From Armatimonadota bacterium (GTDB lineage Bacteria > Armatimonadota > SYMT01), in NCBI GenBank assembly GCA_046292385.1, contig JBKBRF010000017.1, positions 1 through 64,000 of the forward strand: 64,000 bases of DNA. The letters are read 5' to 3'. The notes below the pieces were generated by a model. It did no database searches and was not told where the DNA came from. It saw only the letters and a list, made by a program, of their open reading frames with translations. This document shows positions 9,771 to 18,208 of this stretch, piece by piece (the stretch's first letter is position 1; the number at the start of each line of letters is the position of its first letter). Position numbers and translations under genes: made by a program.

Positions 9771-10314
9771 TCGCGTCCTCCTCCGCTGCTTCCAGGAAGC
9801 GCCGCATCCGCCGGCTCGCTTCCGAAACGCGCCACTTCACGGTCCCGATCGGCTCCCCGGTGATCTCCGCCGCTTCCCGGTAAGTGAGCCCCTGCGACAT
9901 CACCAGGAGCAGCGCCTCCCGGAACGAGGGCTCCAGCGCCTCGATGCCCTGCGTCAGGAGCAGGGATCGCACTACGTGCGCTGCCACCGGCGTCCCGGGG
10001 TCGCGAGGCTCCGGCTCGCAGCCCGGGGAGCAGGTAGCCGGGCGGCGGGCGGCGCTCCGCCGGCGGTCGCGCCAGAGGCGCGTGGCGATACCGAGGAGTC
10101 AGGTGAGCAGTCCGGAGCGGCCCTGGAAGGCCGCGTGGGAGCGATAGGCGGCAACGAACACCTCCTGCGCCAGGTCCTCCGCCTCCGCCCGGTTGCTGGT
10201 GAGGCGGTAGGTGAAACCGAGTACCCGGCCGGCGAAGCGGCGGTGGACCGCAGCGAACGCTTCGGGCTCTCCGGACCGTATCCGCCGTATCCACTCCGTC
10301 TCGTCCGGCTCCAT
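9718..10314 (-). pseudogene. ECF sigma factor interrupted by in-frame TGA at the conserved region-2 Trp
   Basis: AEDLAQEVFVAAY...GRSGLLT-TGA(10099-10101)-LLGIA continues in frame to GLTYREAAEITGEPIGTVKWRVSEA (region 4). Confidence 0.8.
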
Positions 10315-10660
10315 GCTCGATGTCCTCGCCAGTGAGTAGCCGCCGGAAGGCATTTGGTTGGTACCCGTTCGATTTCATCTTGGCGAGTTTCCCGGAGCGG
10401 GCCGCGTGCGCCCATTGACCGGCAACCGCGGGCTGGTGAAGCCGCCGGACCTGCGGATCGGCTGCCGCCGCGACCGCGGGAGCACGGCGGGAAAGTAGGG
10501 CTTCCCGAACGGGAAGGTGGACTCCACTCCCGGTGCTGAACCACTGGTTAATGAGGCCCGCCTCGCGATCTGTCCGGCCCCGCTCGGGAGCTTCTCCCCG
10601 GCCGCTGCGCCGCGCCGGACCGCCCTTCGCGGGTGCGGCCGTGCTGAGAGGAGAACCGCC

Positions 10661-11248
10661 ATGGAGAGGCCCTGGGAACCGGCGCTGCTGCGCGCCGCGC
10701 GGGCGCTCAACGCTCCGGGCGCCGGCGTCGAATGGGTGGTCGTCGGCTCCGTGGCGTCCGTCGTGCAGGGCTGCGAGATGACGCCGCGCGATCTCGACCT
10801 GATCTTTCCCTCGCTCGACGCCCTCCGGCGGGCGGTGGTGCTACTCTCGCAGGCGGAAGAGGTGCCGTCCCCGGAGATCGTCTCCCAGAGCTTCCCCGGC
10901 GGCTTCGAGTGGCACAAGGCGCAGTGGAGCCGGGACGGCTTCGTCACGGAAGCGGTCTTCATCGCCAGCGGGGGCGGCATTCCGGATTCCCCGGGCGGCG
11001 ACGGCATCTGGGAAGGCGGCAGGCACATCTGGAGCCGGCTGCGCCGGATATCATTCCACGGGGAGCGGATCCCGGTGGTGCCGCTGGAGATCCAGCTCGA
11101 GTCGCAGCTGCGCCGGGGCGTCGTCGACCGCGCCGAAGTGATCGGGGAGACGCTGCGCTTCCGGGGCTACGATCCCGAGCTGCTCCTGGAAGGCCTCTCC
11201 ACCGCCCACCTCGCCCTCTGGCAGCAGGGCATCCCCTCCGCCGAGTGA
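10661..11248 (+). CDS. Nucleotidyltransferase-like hypothetical protein
   Basis: WVVVGSVA...PRDLDL (GS...DxD) motif. Confidence 0.65.
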   Translation: MERPWEPALLRAARALNAPGAGVEWVVVGSVASVVQGCEMTPRDLDLIFPSLDALRRAVVLLSQAEEVPSPEIVSQSFPGGFEWHKAQWSRDGFVTEAVFIASGGGIPDSPGGDGIWEGGRHIWSRLRRISFHGERIPVVPLEIQLESQLRRGVVDRAEVIGETLRFRGYDPELLLEGLSTAHLALWQQGIPSAE

Positions 11249-11255
11249 GCCCGCT

Positions 11256-11729
11256 ATGTCCACCGCTTCTCCCACCGTCGTCACCTTCATCGCAGCCGGC
11301 TTCAACACTACCGATTCCAGGCCGGAATTCATCAACCCGGAGAACTTCGGGGACGATGTGGCGCGAGTGCTGATGGAGCGCCTGCGCGGGCAGGGAGTTT
11401 CGGTGGACCCGGAGCTGGGTCAGGAAGATTACGGCTGGTACTTCAGCTTCACCACCGGCGGAAGGGAGTACGACTTCCTGCTCGGCCTGCGAGATGGTGA
11501 GCTCTCGGAGTGGGTGGGCTGGCTGGAAAGTGGCGCCGGCTTCTTCGCCTCGCTCTTCGGGGCGCGGAAGCGGGGCGTGCAGCCGGAAGCAGTGCGGGCG
11601 CTCGACGCGGCACTCTCCGCTCTGCCCTCCGTCCGCGACGTGCGGTGGCACCTGCGCGCCGACTTCGACTCCGGCCGGGAGGAGCGAGGCATACCCGGTC
11701 CTCTGCCGGATCCAGGGGTCGGCGCCTGA
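11256..11729 (+). CDS. Hypothetical protein
   Basis: Good codon bias, operonic; QEDYGWYF motif. Confidence 0.7.
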   Translation: MSTASPTVVTFIAAGFNTTDSRPEFINPENFGDDVARVLMERLRGQGVSVDPELGQEDYGWYFSFTTGGREYDFLLGLRDGELSEWVGWLESGAGFFASLFGARKRGVQPEAVRALDAALSALPSVRDVRWHLRADFDSGREERGIPGPLPDPGVGA

Positions 11730-11750
11730 GGAAGATGGGAGATCTCGATC

Positions 11751-12656
11751 GTGTCCCTGCCTCCTGAATATGAACCGGCGGAGATCGCCGCGCTGGCGGC
11801 CCGGCATGGACTGAGCGTGGAGCCGGAGAGCCTGGAGCTGAACCAGGCGGGGCTCGACTTCCTGGTCGCCTTCGCGCGCGCCGGGGACGGCACCGACTGG
11901 GTGCTGCGGATTCCCCGCCGTCCGGACGCGGCGGAGAAGGCGGTGCTGGAGGCGCGGACGCTGGACCTGGTCCGTCCTTATCTCCCGGTGGCGGTCCCGG
12001 ACTGGCGCGTGCGGAGCGCCGGGCTGATCGCCTATCCCCGGCTGCCGGGGAAGCCGGGGCTCACGTACGATCCGCAGACAGGAGAGACCGTGTGGCACCT
12101 GGACCGGGAGTCGCCGGTCTTCGCCCGTAGCTTCGCCCGGGCGCTCGCCGCGCTCCACGCGGTGCCGGTCGAAGAGGCGCGCTCGGCCGGGCTTCCGGTG
12201 CTCGCGCCGGCGGAAGCCCGGGCGCAGTACCGGCGCGACATGGAGCAGGTCCGGACGGAGCTGGGTGTATCGCCGGAGCTCTGGGAGCGCTGGCAGGGCT
12301 GGCTCGCCGACGAGACGCTCTGGCCCGACTTCTCCGTGCTGATCCACGGCGACCTCTACGCCGCCCACGTGCTGGTCGATGACGAGTCCCGCGCCCTCGG
12401 CATCCTCGACTGGACCGAGGCCCGGGTGGGCGACCCGGCTGCCGACTTCATGTTCCACCTGATGGGCTTCGGCGAAGAAGGGTTCGACCGGCTGGTGCGG
12501 GAGTATGTCGCCGCCGGCGGCCGGGTGTGGCCCCGCCTGCGCGAGCACTGCGAGCAGATGCTCTCCGCGTTCGCGGTGAATTACGCCCTCTTCGCCCTCA
12601 CCACCGGGGACGAGCAGCACCTGGCCCTGGCTCGGCAGCAGTTGGGGGTCGCGTAA
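11751..12656 (+). CDS. mph: Macrolide 2'-phosphotransferase (Mph family)
   Basis: NQAGLDFLVAFA, WVLRIPRRPD, IHGDLYAAHVLVD, GILDWTEARVGDPAADF. Confidence 0.8.
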   Translation: MSLPPEYEPAEIAALAARHGLSVEPESLELNQAGLDFLVAFARAGDGTDWVLRIPRRPDAAEKAVLEARTLDLVRPYLPVAVPDWRVRSAGLIAYPRLPGKPGLTYDPQTGETVWHLDRESPVFARSFARALAALHAVPVEEARSAGLPVLAPAEARAQYRRDMEQVRTELGVSPELWERWQGWLADETLWPDFSVLIHGDLYAAHVLVDDESRALGILDWTEARVGDPAADFMFHLMGFGEEGFDRLVREYVAAGGRVWPRLREHCEQMLSAFAVNYALFALTTGDEQHLALARQQLGVA

Positions 12657-12698
12657 CCCTGCGCGCGGGCAACCCGTCGAACGGGCGGAGGAGACGCC

Positions 12699-13217
12699 AT
12701 GCCACTGCGATTCAACCGCCGCTCGCTCTGGGTGCTGGGGCTGGGAGCCGTCCCCGCCGCGGCCGCGCAGTCCGGTGGCGCTCCCGAACCCCGGAAGACG
12801 GCGCAGCCGGTGCCGCTGAAGCTGGACGGGCCGATCCGTGTCGACGTGAAGTCCCACCCGGTGCTCTGGAACGGCCACGCCTACCACCTGCTCCGGATCT
12901 GGGAGGCGCGGTTCCAGCGGTCAAGCGAAGGGCGGCTGACGGCGGTCCTCCAGCTCAGCACCATCACTTTCGACCAGGTGGAGTACGACGTCTCCGCCGC
13001 CGTCCTCGATGCTGCCGGGACGCTCCTTGGCACCGCGCGGGCTCCGGTGCAGGTGGAGCGGGTCTGGCTCGGCAAGGCGCTCACCACGTCCGGGAAGCTG
13101 GAGCTCGACTTCGGGATCTCCCTCGATTACGAGCGGGCGGCTGCGTTCTCGCTCGGGATCAGCCGGCGCCGGGTGCTAACGCCGGACGAGTGGCAGAACG
13201 AGGCGCCGCAGGCGTGA
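12699..13217 (+). CDS. Hypothetical exported protein (Tat-like signal)
   Basis: NRRSLWVLGLG signal; SD ggagg. Confidence 0.7.
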   Translation: MPLRFNRRSLWVLGLGAVPAAAAQSGGAPEPRKTAQPVPLKLDGPIRVDVKSHPVLWNGHAYHLLRIWEARFQRSSEGRLTAVLQLSTITFDQVEYDVSAAVLDAAGTLLGTARAPVQVERVWLGKALTTSGKLELDFGISLDYERAAAFSLGISRRRVLTPDEWQNEAPQA

Positions 13218-13740
13218 CGGCAAGCACCCACCCGTCGCCCCGCCGGAACAACTCCGCTGCGGACCAGGGTCGCACGGTTCCCGAAGTGGGATCGAATACC
13301 GCGAAGCCATCCCGCTCGCGGCGCTCCACCACGAGGAAGTGACCGGGTTGGACATAGGCCACGAAGGGCCGGGGCACCCGGTAGAGCGCTTCCGCGCTTT
13401 GCGCCTGGAGCCCGCGGGCAGAGAGGCCGTGGGCGCGGACTGCCTCCGCCAGATCGTGGAGGGAGCTTCCGCGGGGATCCACGCGGCACAACTGCTCCAG
13501 GTCGTCCGGAGCCCAAGGGCGTCCGTAGGCGTTGAGGACCGTGGCGATAGCGGCCGGACCGCAGGTGGCGGCGCTCCACTGGCGCACCTCCATCTGCGGC
13601 TCTACCGGCTGCTCCGGTACCGGTCCGAAGCACTGCCAGCCCTGCCACGCCAGCAGCGCGCAGAGCGCCAGGAGCAGCCCGGCGCCGGCGGGAAGTCGCC
13701 GGAGATCTACCAGCCCCGAGTTCATCGGTAGTCGTGCCAT
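13159..13740 (-). CDS. Stand-alone C39-like cysteine peptidase with N-terminal TM/signal
   Basis: QWSAATCGPAA, GHFLVV, VFDP (Q-C-H-D set). Confidence 0.8.
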   Translation of the reverse strand: MARLPMNSGLVDLRRLPAGAGLLLALCALLAWQGWQCFGPVPEQPVEPQMEVRQWSAATCGPAAIATVLNAYGRPWAPDDLEQLCRVDPRGSSLHDLAEAVRAHGLSARGLQAQSAEALYRVPRPFVAYVQPGHFLVVERRERDGFAVFDPTSGTVRPWSAAELFRRGDGWVLAVTPAAPRSATRPALAPGAG

Positions 13741-13749
13741 GGGGTCCGG

Positions 13750-15042
13750 CTACGCCGTCGTGGTGGACGCCACCGCCGGACCACGCCACGACTGCCGCAG
13801 CCACACCGCGTAGAGCGCCGCGAGCGGAACCACACGCCACGAGTGGTGGAGCAGCGAAACCGCGGAAGAGAAGTGGTACTGGGGATCCTGGTTGAAACCG
13901 AGGTCCGGCACGTCGTAGAAGACAAACGGCGACGGCAGCGCCAGCAGCACGACCACTGCGATCAGCAGTCGCGAGGGGGACCGCCACAGCCCCAGCACGA
14001 GGATCGGCAGCAGCAGCGTGAGGTGGTGCTCCCACACGTCCTTGTAGATCAGGAAGTAGAGACAGGTCCAGAGAGCGGCGAGGAGCCACACCGGCGCCTC
14101 CCCCGGAAGCTCTTTGGAGGCGCGACCGGCGGCTCCCGCGCACCGGGCGCGGAGCCGCAGCACGACGGGACGCAGTGTGACCCACAGCGCGGGCAGGAGC
14201 AGCAGGGCCGTGAGCAGGCCGCGCACCGGCTTGAAGAGCGGGCCGGGGCCGGTGAATTGGTAGATCAGCCCGCTCAGGCCGATGTTGCCGGCGTGCCACT
14301 GCGGGAGCGGGTCGACGTTCACCCGCACGAAGAGTGCCCAATCGTGTGGGAAGAACAGAAAGTAGACCCCGTTCAGCAGGATGAGCGCGCCGCACACCGC
14401 CAGCCCCATCCACCCCCGGCGGTCCCGCGCGAAGAGCGGCGCCCACAGCAGCGACGCCGGCTTCCACAGCACGCTGGCGATCCACCAGCCCAGCCCCGTC
14501 CGCGAGCGGCCCTCTTCCAGCGCGAGTACGGACCAGAAGAGCAGCGAGCCGAGCAAGAACGTGAACTGGCCGATCCACAGCTCCAGGAAGTAGGGCGTGA
14601 AGCCGAGCCAGACCGCGCCCAGCACCGCGCCCCGCAGGCCCCCTCCGCTGCGGCGATAGGTGAGCCGGACGTTGTGGAGCAGACACGCTTCGCAGATCGT
14701 CAGCCAGAGCACGTACGCCGCCGTCGGTGGAACCAGGCTCAGGAGCGCCCCGATCGTATAGGCCGCCACCGGCAGGTAGCGGAACGGGTAGGCGTACGGA
14801 ATGACGGTCTCGCCGGGGCCGAACCGGAAGATCGAGTCGCCGTGGAGCGCGCTGTAGCCCGCCTGGTAGAGCGCGAAGAAATCGGCTCCCGGTCCGAAGC
14901 GGTGGACCGAATCGTTGAAGAGCGGGACCATCCAGCCGGTGCGCAGCGAGAGCCAGAAGAAAAGATGAACCAGGCCGGCGGCCAGCCAGATCCAGAGCTC
15001 CGGGCGCAGGCGGACTCGGGGAACGGCAGCGGCGAGGCTCAT
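13750..15042 (-). CDS. GT87-like (GT-C) membrane glycosyltransferase
   Basis: ADFFALY, PFRYLP, GQF, WKP, WEHH; multiple TM helices. Confidence 0.75.
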   Translation of the reverse strand: MSLAAAVPRVRLRPELWIWLAAGLVHLFFWLSLRTGWMVPLFNDSVHRFGPGADFFALYQAGYSALHGDSIFRFGPGETVIPYAYPFRYLPVAAYTIGALLSLVPPTAAYVLWLTICEACLLHNVRLTYRRSGGGLRGAVLGAVWLGFTPYFLELWIGQFTFLLGSLLFWSVLALEEGRSRTGLGWWIASVLWKPASLLWAPLFARDRRGWMGLAVCGALILLNGVYFLFFPHDWALFVRVNVDPLPQWHAGNIGLSGLIYQFTGPGPLFKPVRGLLTALLLLPALWVTLRPVVLRLRARCAGAAGRASKELPGEAPVWLLAALWTCLYFLIYKDVWEHHLTLLLPILVLGLWRSPSRLLIAVVVLLALPSPFVFYDVPDLGFNQDPQYHFSSAVSLLHHSWRVVPLAALYAVWLRQSWRGPAVASTTTA

Positions 15043-16214
15043 CGCGCCCGCCCGGACTGCGCGCGGAAGCGAGCCGCGTACTCGCTCGTGAGCTTCAGGT
15101 AGAGGTCTCCGTGCTCCACCGACGGCTCGATCTCCGTCCCGTCGTGCCACTGGTTGAAGCTGCGCACCAGCACCCAGTCCGGCCGCAGTGCGAGGGCCGC
15201 TTCCCAGCCTCGGCGGTAGAAGTCTCCGGAGTTCCGGCCGATCACCGCCCCGTTTCGTACCAACCGGCTCTCGTCGTAGCCCGGACTCACCGTCGCCACG
15301 GCGATGCGGTCCCATTGGTGCGCGCGCTCCGCCGCCGGCCGGAGCACCCCTTCCCAGCGAGTCTTCCACTCCGCCGGGGGCACCCCCGCCAGCGCCGGCG
15401 CGGGATTGTTCCGGTGCGTGCCGTCGAAGACCATCGCTTCGGAGAGCCCGTCCCCGTCCGCCACCGCCAGCACTCCCGGTGGCACTGCCCGATTAAGACC
15501 TTCCAGAACGCCAGCCCACTGCTCCGGATCGAGCTGCCGGACCGCCCGCTCGTACAGGAACAGGACAGGCCGATCCTCCACCTTCAGGTAGGCGGGCGAC
15601 TTCGCCAGGACTTCCAGCTCATCCGCCAGCCACTGCAGCGCCGCCGCGGGAGTAGTACCCTGCGGAAGCTGCTCCACGTAGAGACAGACGCGGAGACCTT
15701 CCCGCTGCGCTAGCGGCAGCAGTTTGCGGATTGCGGTGCCGGTGAAGTCCTTGGGGCCCCACCAGGAGCAGGCGATCGCGTCGACTCCCGCCGATTTGAG
15801 CTGCTTAAAGTGTCGGGTGACGGCGGCGGGGTCGGTGCTGTCGTAGAGGCCCGCCTGCGGCGTGTGCGCGAATTCGGGACTCCGGCGCGCGCTCGAGTCG
15901 ATCTTCCCCACGTGCCGCGCCTGGCCCGAGACCTTCGGGAGACCATACCAGGGATAGTAAAGCGCCAGTACCAACCGAGGCGGCGCCTCTAGCTTTCGCG
16001 CGGCCCGGGCCAGCACCACCTCCCGACCACCCGGCTTCGATGCCTGCGCGGCCGCATCGGCGCCCCCGAGTAGTAGCGTCGCCATCGCTCCTGCGACGAG
16101 CAGAGCAGCGACGGCGCGGCCACATCTTCGGTAATTCGCCTCTCTATAGCTGGGGCAACCGGCGCCATCGCCGGCGGGAGAACTGCTCTGATACTGCATC
16201 GGCATGTCTCTCAA
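15039..16214 (-). CDS. GH99-like glycoside hydrolase (start uncertain)
   Basis: LALYYPWYG, GLYDSTD, SWWG, PGYDES, SFNQWHDGTEIEPS. Confidence 0.75.
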   Translation of the reverse strand: MRDMPMQYQSSSPAGDGAGCPSYREANYRRCGRAVAALLVAGAMATLLLGGADAAAQASKPGGREVVLARAARKLEAPPRLVLALYYPWYGLPKVSGQARHVGKIDSSARRSPEFAHTPQAGLYDSTDPAAVTRHFKQLKSAGVDAIACSWWGPKDFTGTAIRKLLPLAQREGLRVCLYVEQLPQGTTPAAALQWLADELEVLAKSPAYLKVEDRPVLFLYERAVRQLDPEQWAGVLEGLNRAVPPGVLAVADGDGLSEAMVFDGTHRNNPAPALAGVPPAEWKTRWEGVLRPAAERAHQWDRIAVATVSPGYDESRLVRNGAVIGRNSGDFYRRGWEAALALRPDWVLVRSFNQWHDGTEIEPSVEHGDLYLKLTSEYAARFRAQSGRAR

Positions 16215-16236
16215 TGGTGTGCTTTAGCGGCGCCGG

Positions 16237-16626
16237 TCAGAGTTCCTGGTAGCGGGTGAAGAGCCACTTGCCGCCGGATTTCTTCCAGGTTTCCTGGTAA
16301 CGCCCGGAAAGCTGCTTCGGATGCCCGTTGGCATCGGTGTAATGGGTGGTGACCTGGGTGCGAAGCTGGGCTGCGTCGCCTTTGATCGCGAGCTTCTCGA
16401 TCTTGAGTGACACCCGCATTGAAGGGTCCCGATCGAACGCCCGGTAGTAGACGTTCATCATCCAGTCTCGGTTCAGCACCTTCCCGGACTTGTCCTTACC
16501 AACGAAGGACGGGTGCAGAAATGCTTCGACAGCCGGCCCGTCGTGCTTGTTGATGGTACTCACAAAGGCTTCACGACGGCTTCCAACCTGCCTCGCGCCA
16601 CCAGAACCCTGTGCGTGCGAAACCAC
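16237..16626 (-). CDS. NTF2-like/DUF4440 protein (N-terminus possibly eroded)
   Basis: FLHPSFVG...GRYQETWKKSGGKW; upstream in-frame stops. Confidence 0.65.
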   Translation of the reverse strand: MVSHAQGSGGARQVGSRREAFVSTINKHDGPAVEAFLHPSFVGKDKSGKVLNRDWMMNVYYRAFDRDPSMRVSLKIEKLAIKGDAAQLRTQVTTHYTDANGHPKQLSGRYQETWKKSGGKWLFTRYQEL

Positions 16627-16779
16627 GGCACATTAGTTCAGTCAATGCAGCCAAGCAAACTGCGGAAACCGACTCATGGTATCAGATCTTCCGATGCCAG
16701 GCTGTTGCCTAGACCAATACTATTGCACGGTGAGTGTTGTATCCGTTGCATGGAGAGAGGCGTCGATGAGATTCTGCCG

Positions 16780-17544
16780 CTAGGAATAGGGGTCCAAGAT
16801 CGCTCCACAACTCGCGGGATCGAAGCCGCTAGGCCAGACGGTAATCTTGTCATATTTGCAATGCCGCAGATTTGCGTCAGAGAGTTCTGCATCAGTCAGG
16901 TCTGCGCCGTGCAAGTTCGCAAACATCAGGTTGGCGCCTCTCAGGTTAGCACCGCGCAGGCAGGCGCGTTGAAGCTGAGCACCACAAAGTGCGGCATCGA
17001 CTAGTACAGCGCCGGCCAGGTTGACCCCTGACAGATCGCTACCTTCCACTGTTAAGATCGTTCTTGTATTCGATCTATCCCGGATGTGAATGCAGGGCTT
17101 GTCGTTGTAAAAAACCGCGCCGGAACGCTCTACATCGAAATCAGCAGGCCAATACGTCTGATGATTGTAGAGTGCCCCTGTCAGATTGGCGTTCTCAAGA
17201 TTAGCACCGTTCAGGTTCGAGTACCGCAGATCACTGCCTGTAAGCGTCGACCCACTAAGGTCGGTCCCTGTAAGATCCGCTCCAATAAGGATGACCTTGT
17301 CCAGCTGTGCTATCGGGATACTGGACCCAGAAAAACAGGCACCCGTCGCATCAGCAGATGACATCCTGCACCCTCGCAGGTTCGAGTAGACCAGAGTTGC
17401 CCCTCGTAGGCTAGCACAACTGAGGTCAGCGTCTTGAAGGTCGACAGCAATGAGAAAGACATGCTGTAGGTCGTAACTGACATTTCGAGACCTTTCAATG
17501 GTCGCGAGGGTGTTTCCCGACAATTTTGATCTGATACTCAGCAT
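16780..17544 (-). CDS. Pentapeptide repeat protein
   Basis: A(D/N)Lxx repeats in two blocks, each ending Y...T.WP..FD....GA. Confidence 0.85.
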   Translation of the reverse strand: MLSIRSKLSGNTLATIERSRNVSYDLQHVFLIAVDLQDADLSCASLRGATLVYSNLRGCRMSSADATGACFSGSSIPIAQLDKVILIGADLTGTDLSGSTLTGSDLRYSNLNGANLENANLTGALYNHQTYWPADFDVERSGAVFYNDKPCIHIRDRSNTRTILTVEGSDLSGVNLAGAVLVDAALCGAQLQRACLRGANLRGANLMFANLHGADLTDAELSDANLRHCKYDKITVWPSGFDPASCGAILDPYS

Positions 17545-17576
17545 TCCCTCAGCTCCGGATCAGGTGAGACTCGGCT

Positions 17577-17891
17577 CTAGTGGTATTGAACCACCGAATC
17601 TGTGTGAAGGCAGTCGAAGCAGAAGAACACATAGATCATCCCTGCGTCTCCAAAGACAAATCCCTTATCGGGATCCAGTTCGGAGAATTCTACTGAATCG
17701 ATCTGTCCTACAAACGACATCAATTGGGAGCAGTGGGAGCAGGACGGCGTCTCGTCGGCCTGGATCCATTCGGGCACTCCTCCAAGCTTCGTGCGCAGGC
17801 CGATGGAGTGAGGGTACGGTAATGGCTCGGTTGTACTACCGACTCCAGCTCGTTGGAGACGTACGCGGTATTCGGTGAGAGTGTCCGCCAT
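17577..17891 (-). CDS. DUF1963/YwqG-like protein (possible immunity protein)
   Basis: KLGGVPEWIQ..ETPSC..C...MSFVGQIDS...FGDAGMIYVFFC; SD aaggag. Confidence 0.75.
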   Translation of the reverse strand: MADTLTEYRVRLQRAGVGSTTEPLPYPHSIGLRTKLGGVPEWIQADETPSCSHCSQLMSFVGQIDSVEFSELDPDKGFVFGDAGMIYVFFCFDCLHTDSVVQYH

Positions 17892-18208
17892 TATGACTCC
17901 TTAAGATCGGTTGAGGAAGCCTCGGTTAGAGTCCTACTATAGCAGTTGGTGACTGCTAAGGGTCCTGGCGAGTAAACCGTAATGTTCTGCGACGGTGGTA
18001 GGCTCGAAAAAGCTGCCAAGTTACTCGCTGGGACCCTTACGGGGCATTTCTACGGGATGATCCCAGTTACCCATCGTTGTAGATCCGCAGACCCGGTCCG
18101 CAGACGCAGGTTCAGAGTCTGTGTTTCATCTCTAGTTCCAGGTTACGGTGACTTCAGTAGTTCTCCATGGGTTCTTCCGACACGGGTCAGGGTGCATAAC
18201 GTATCGCA

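Noticed and set aside
7060..10314. Genome-wide UGA reassignment (genetic code 4/25)
   Set aside because: Many intact genes in the window terminate at TGA at their expected C-termini
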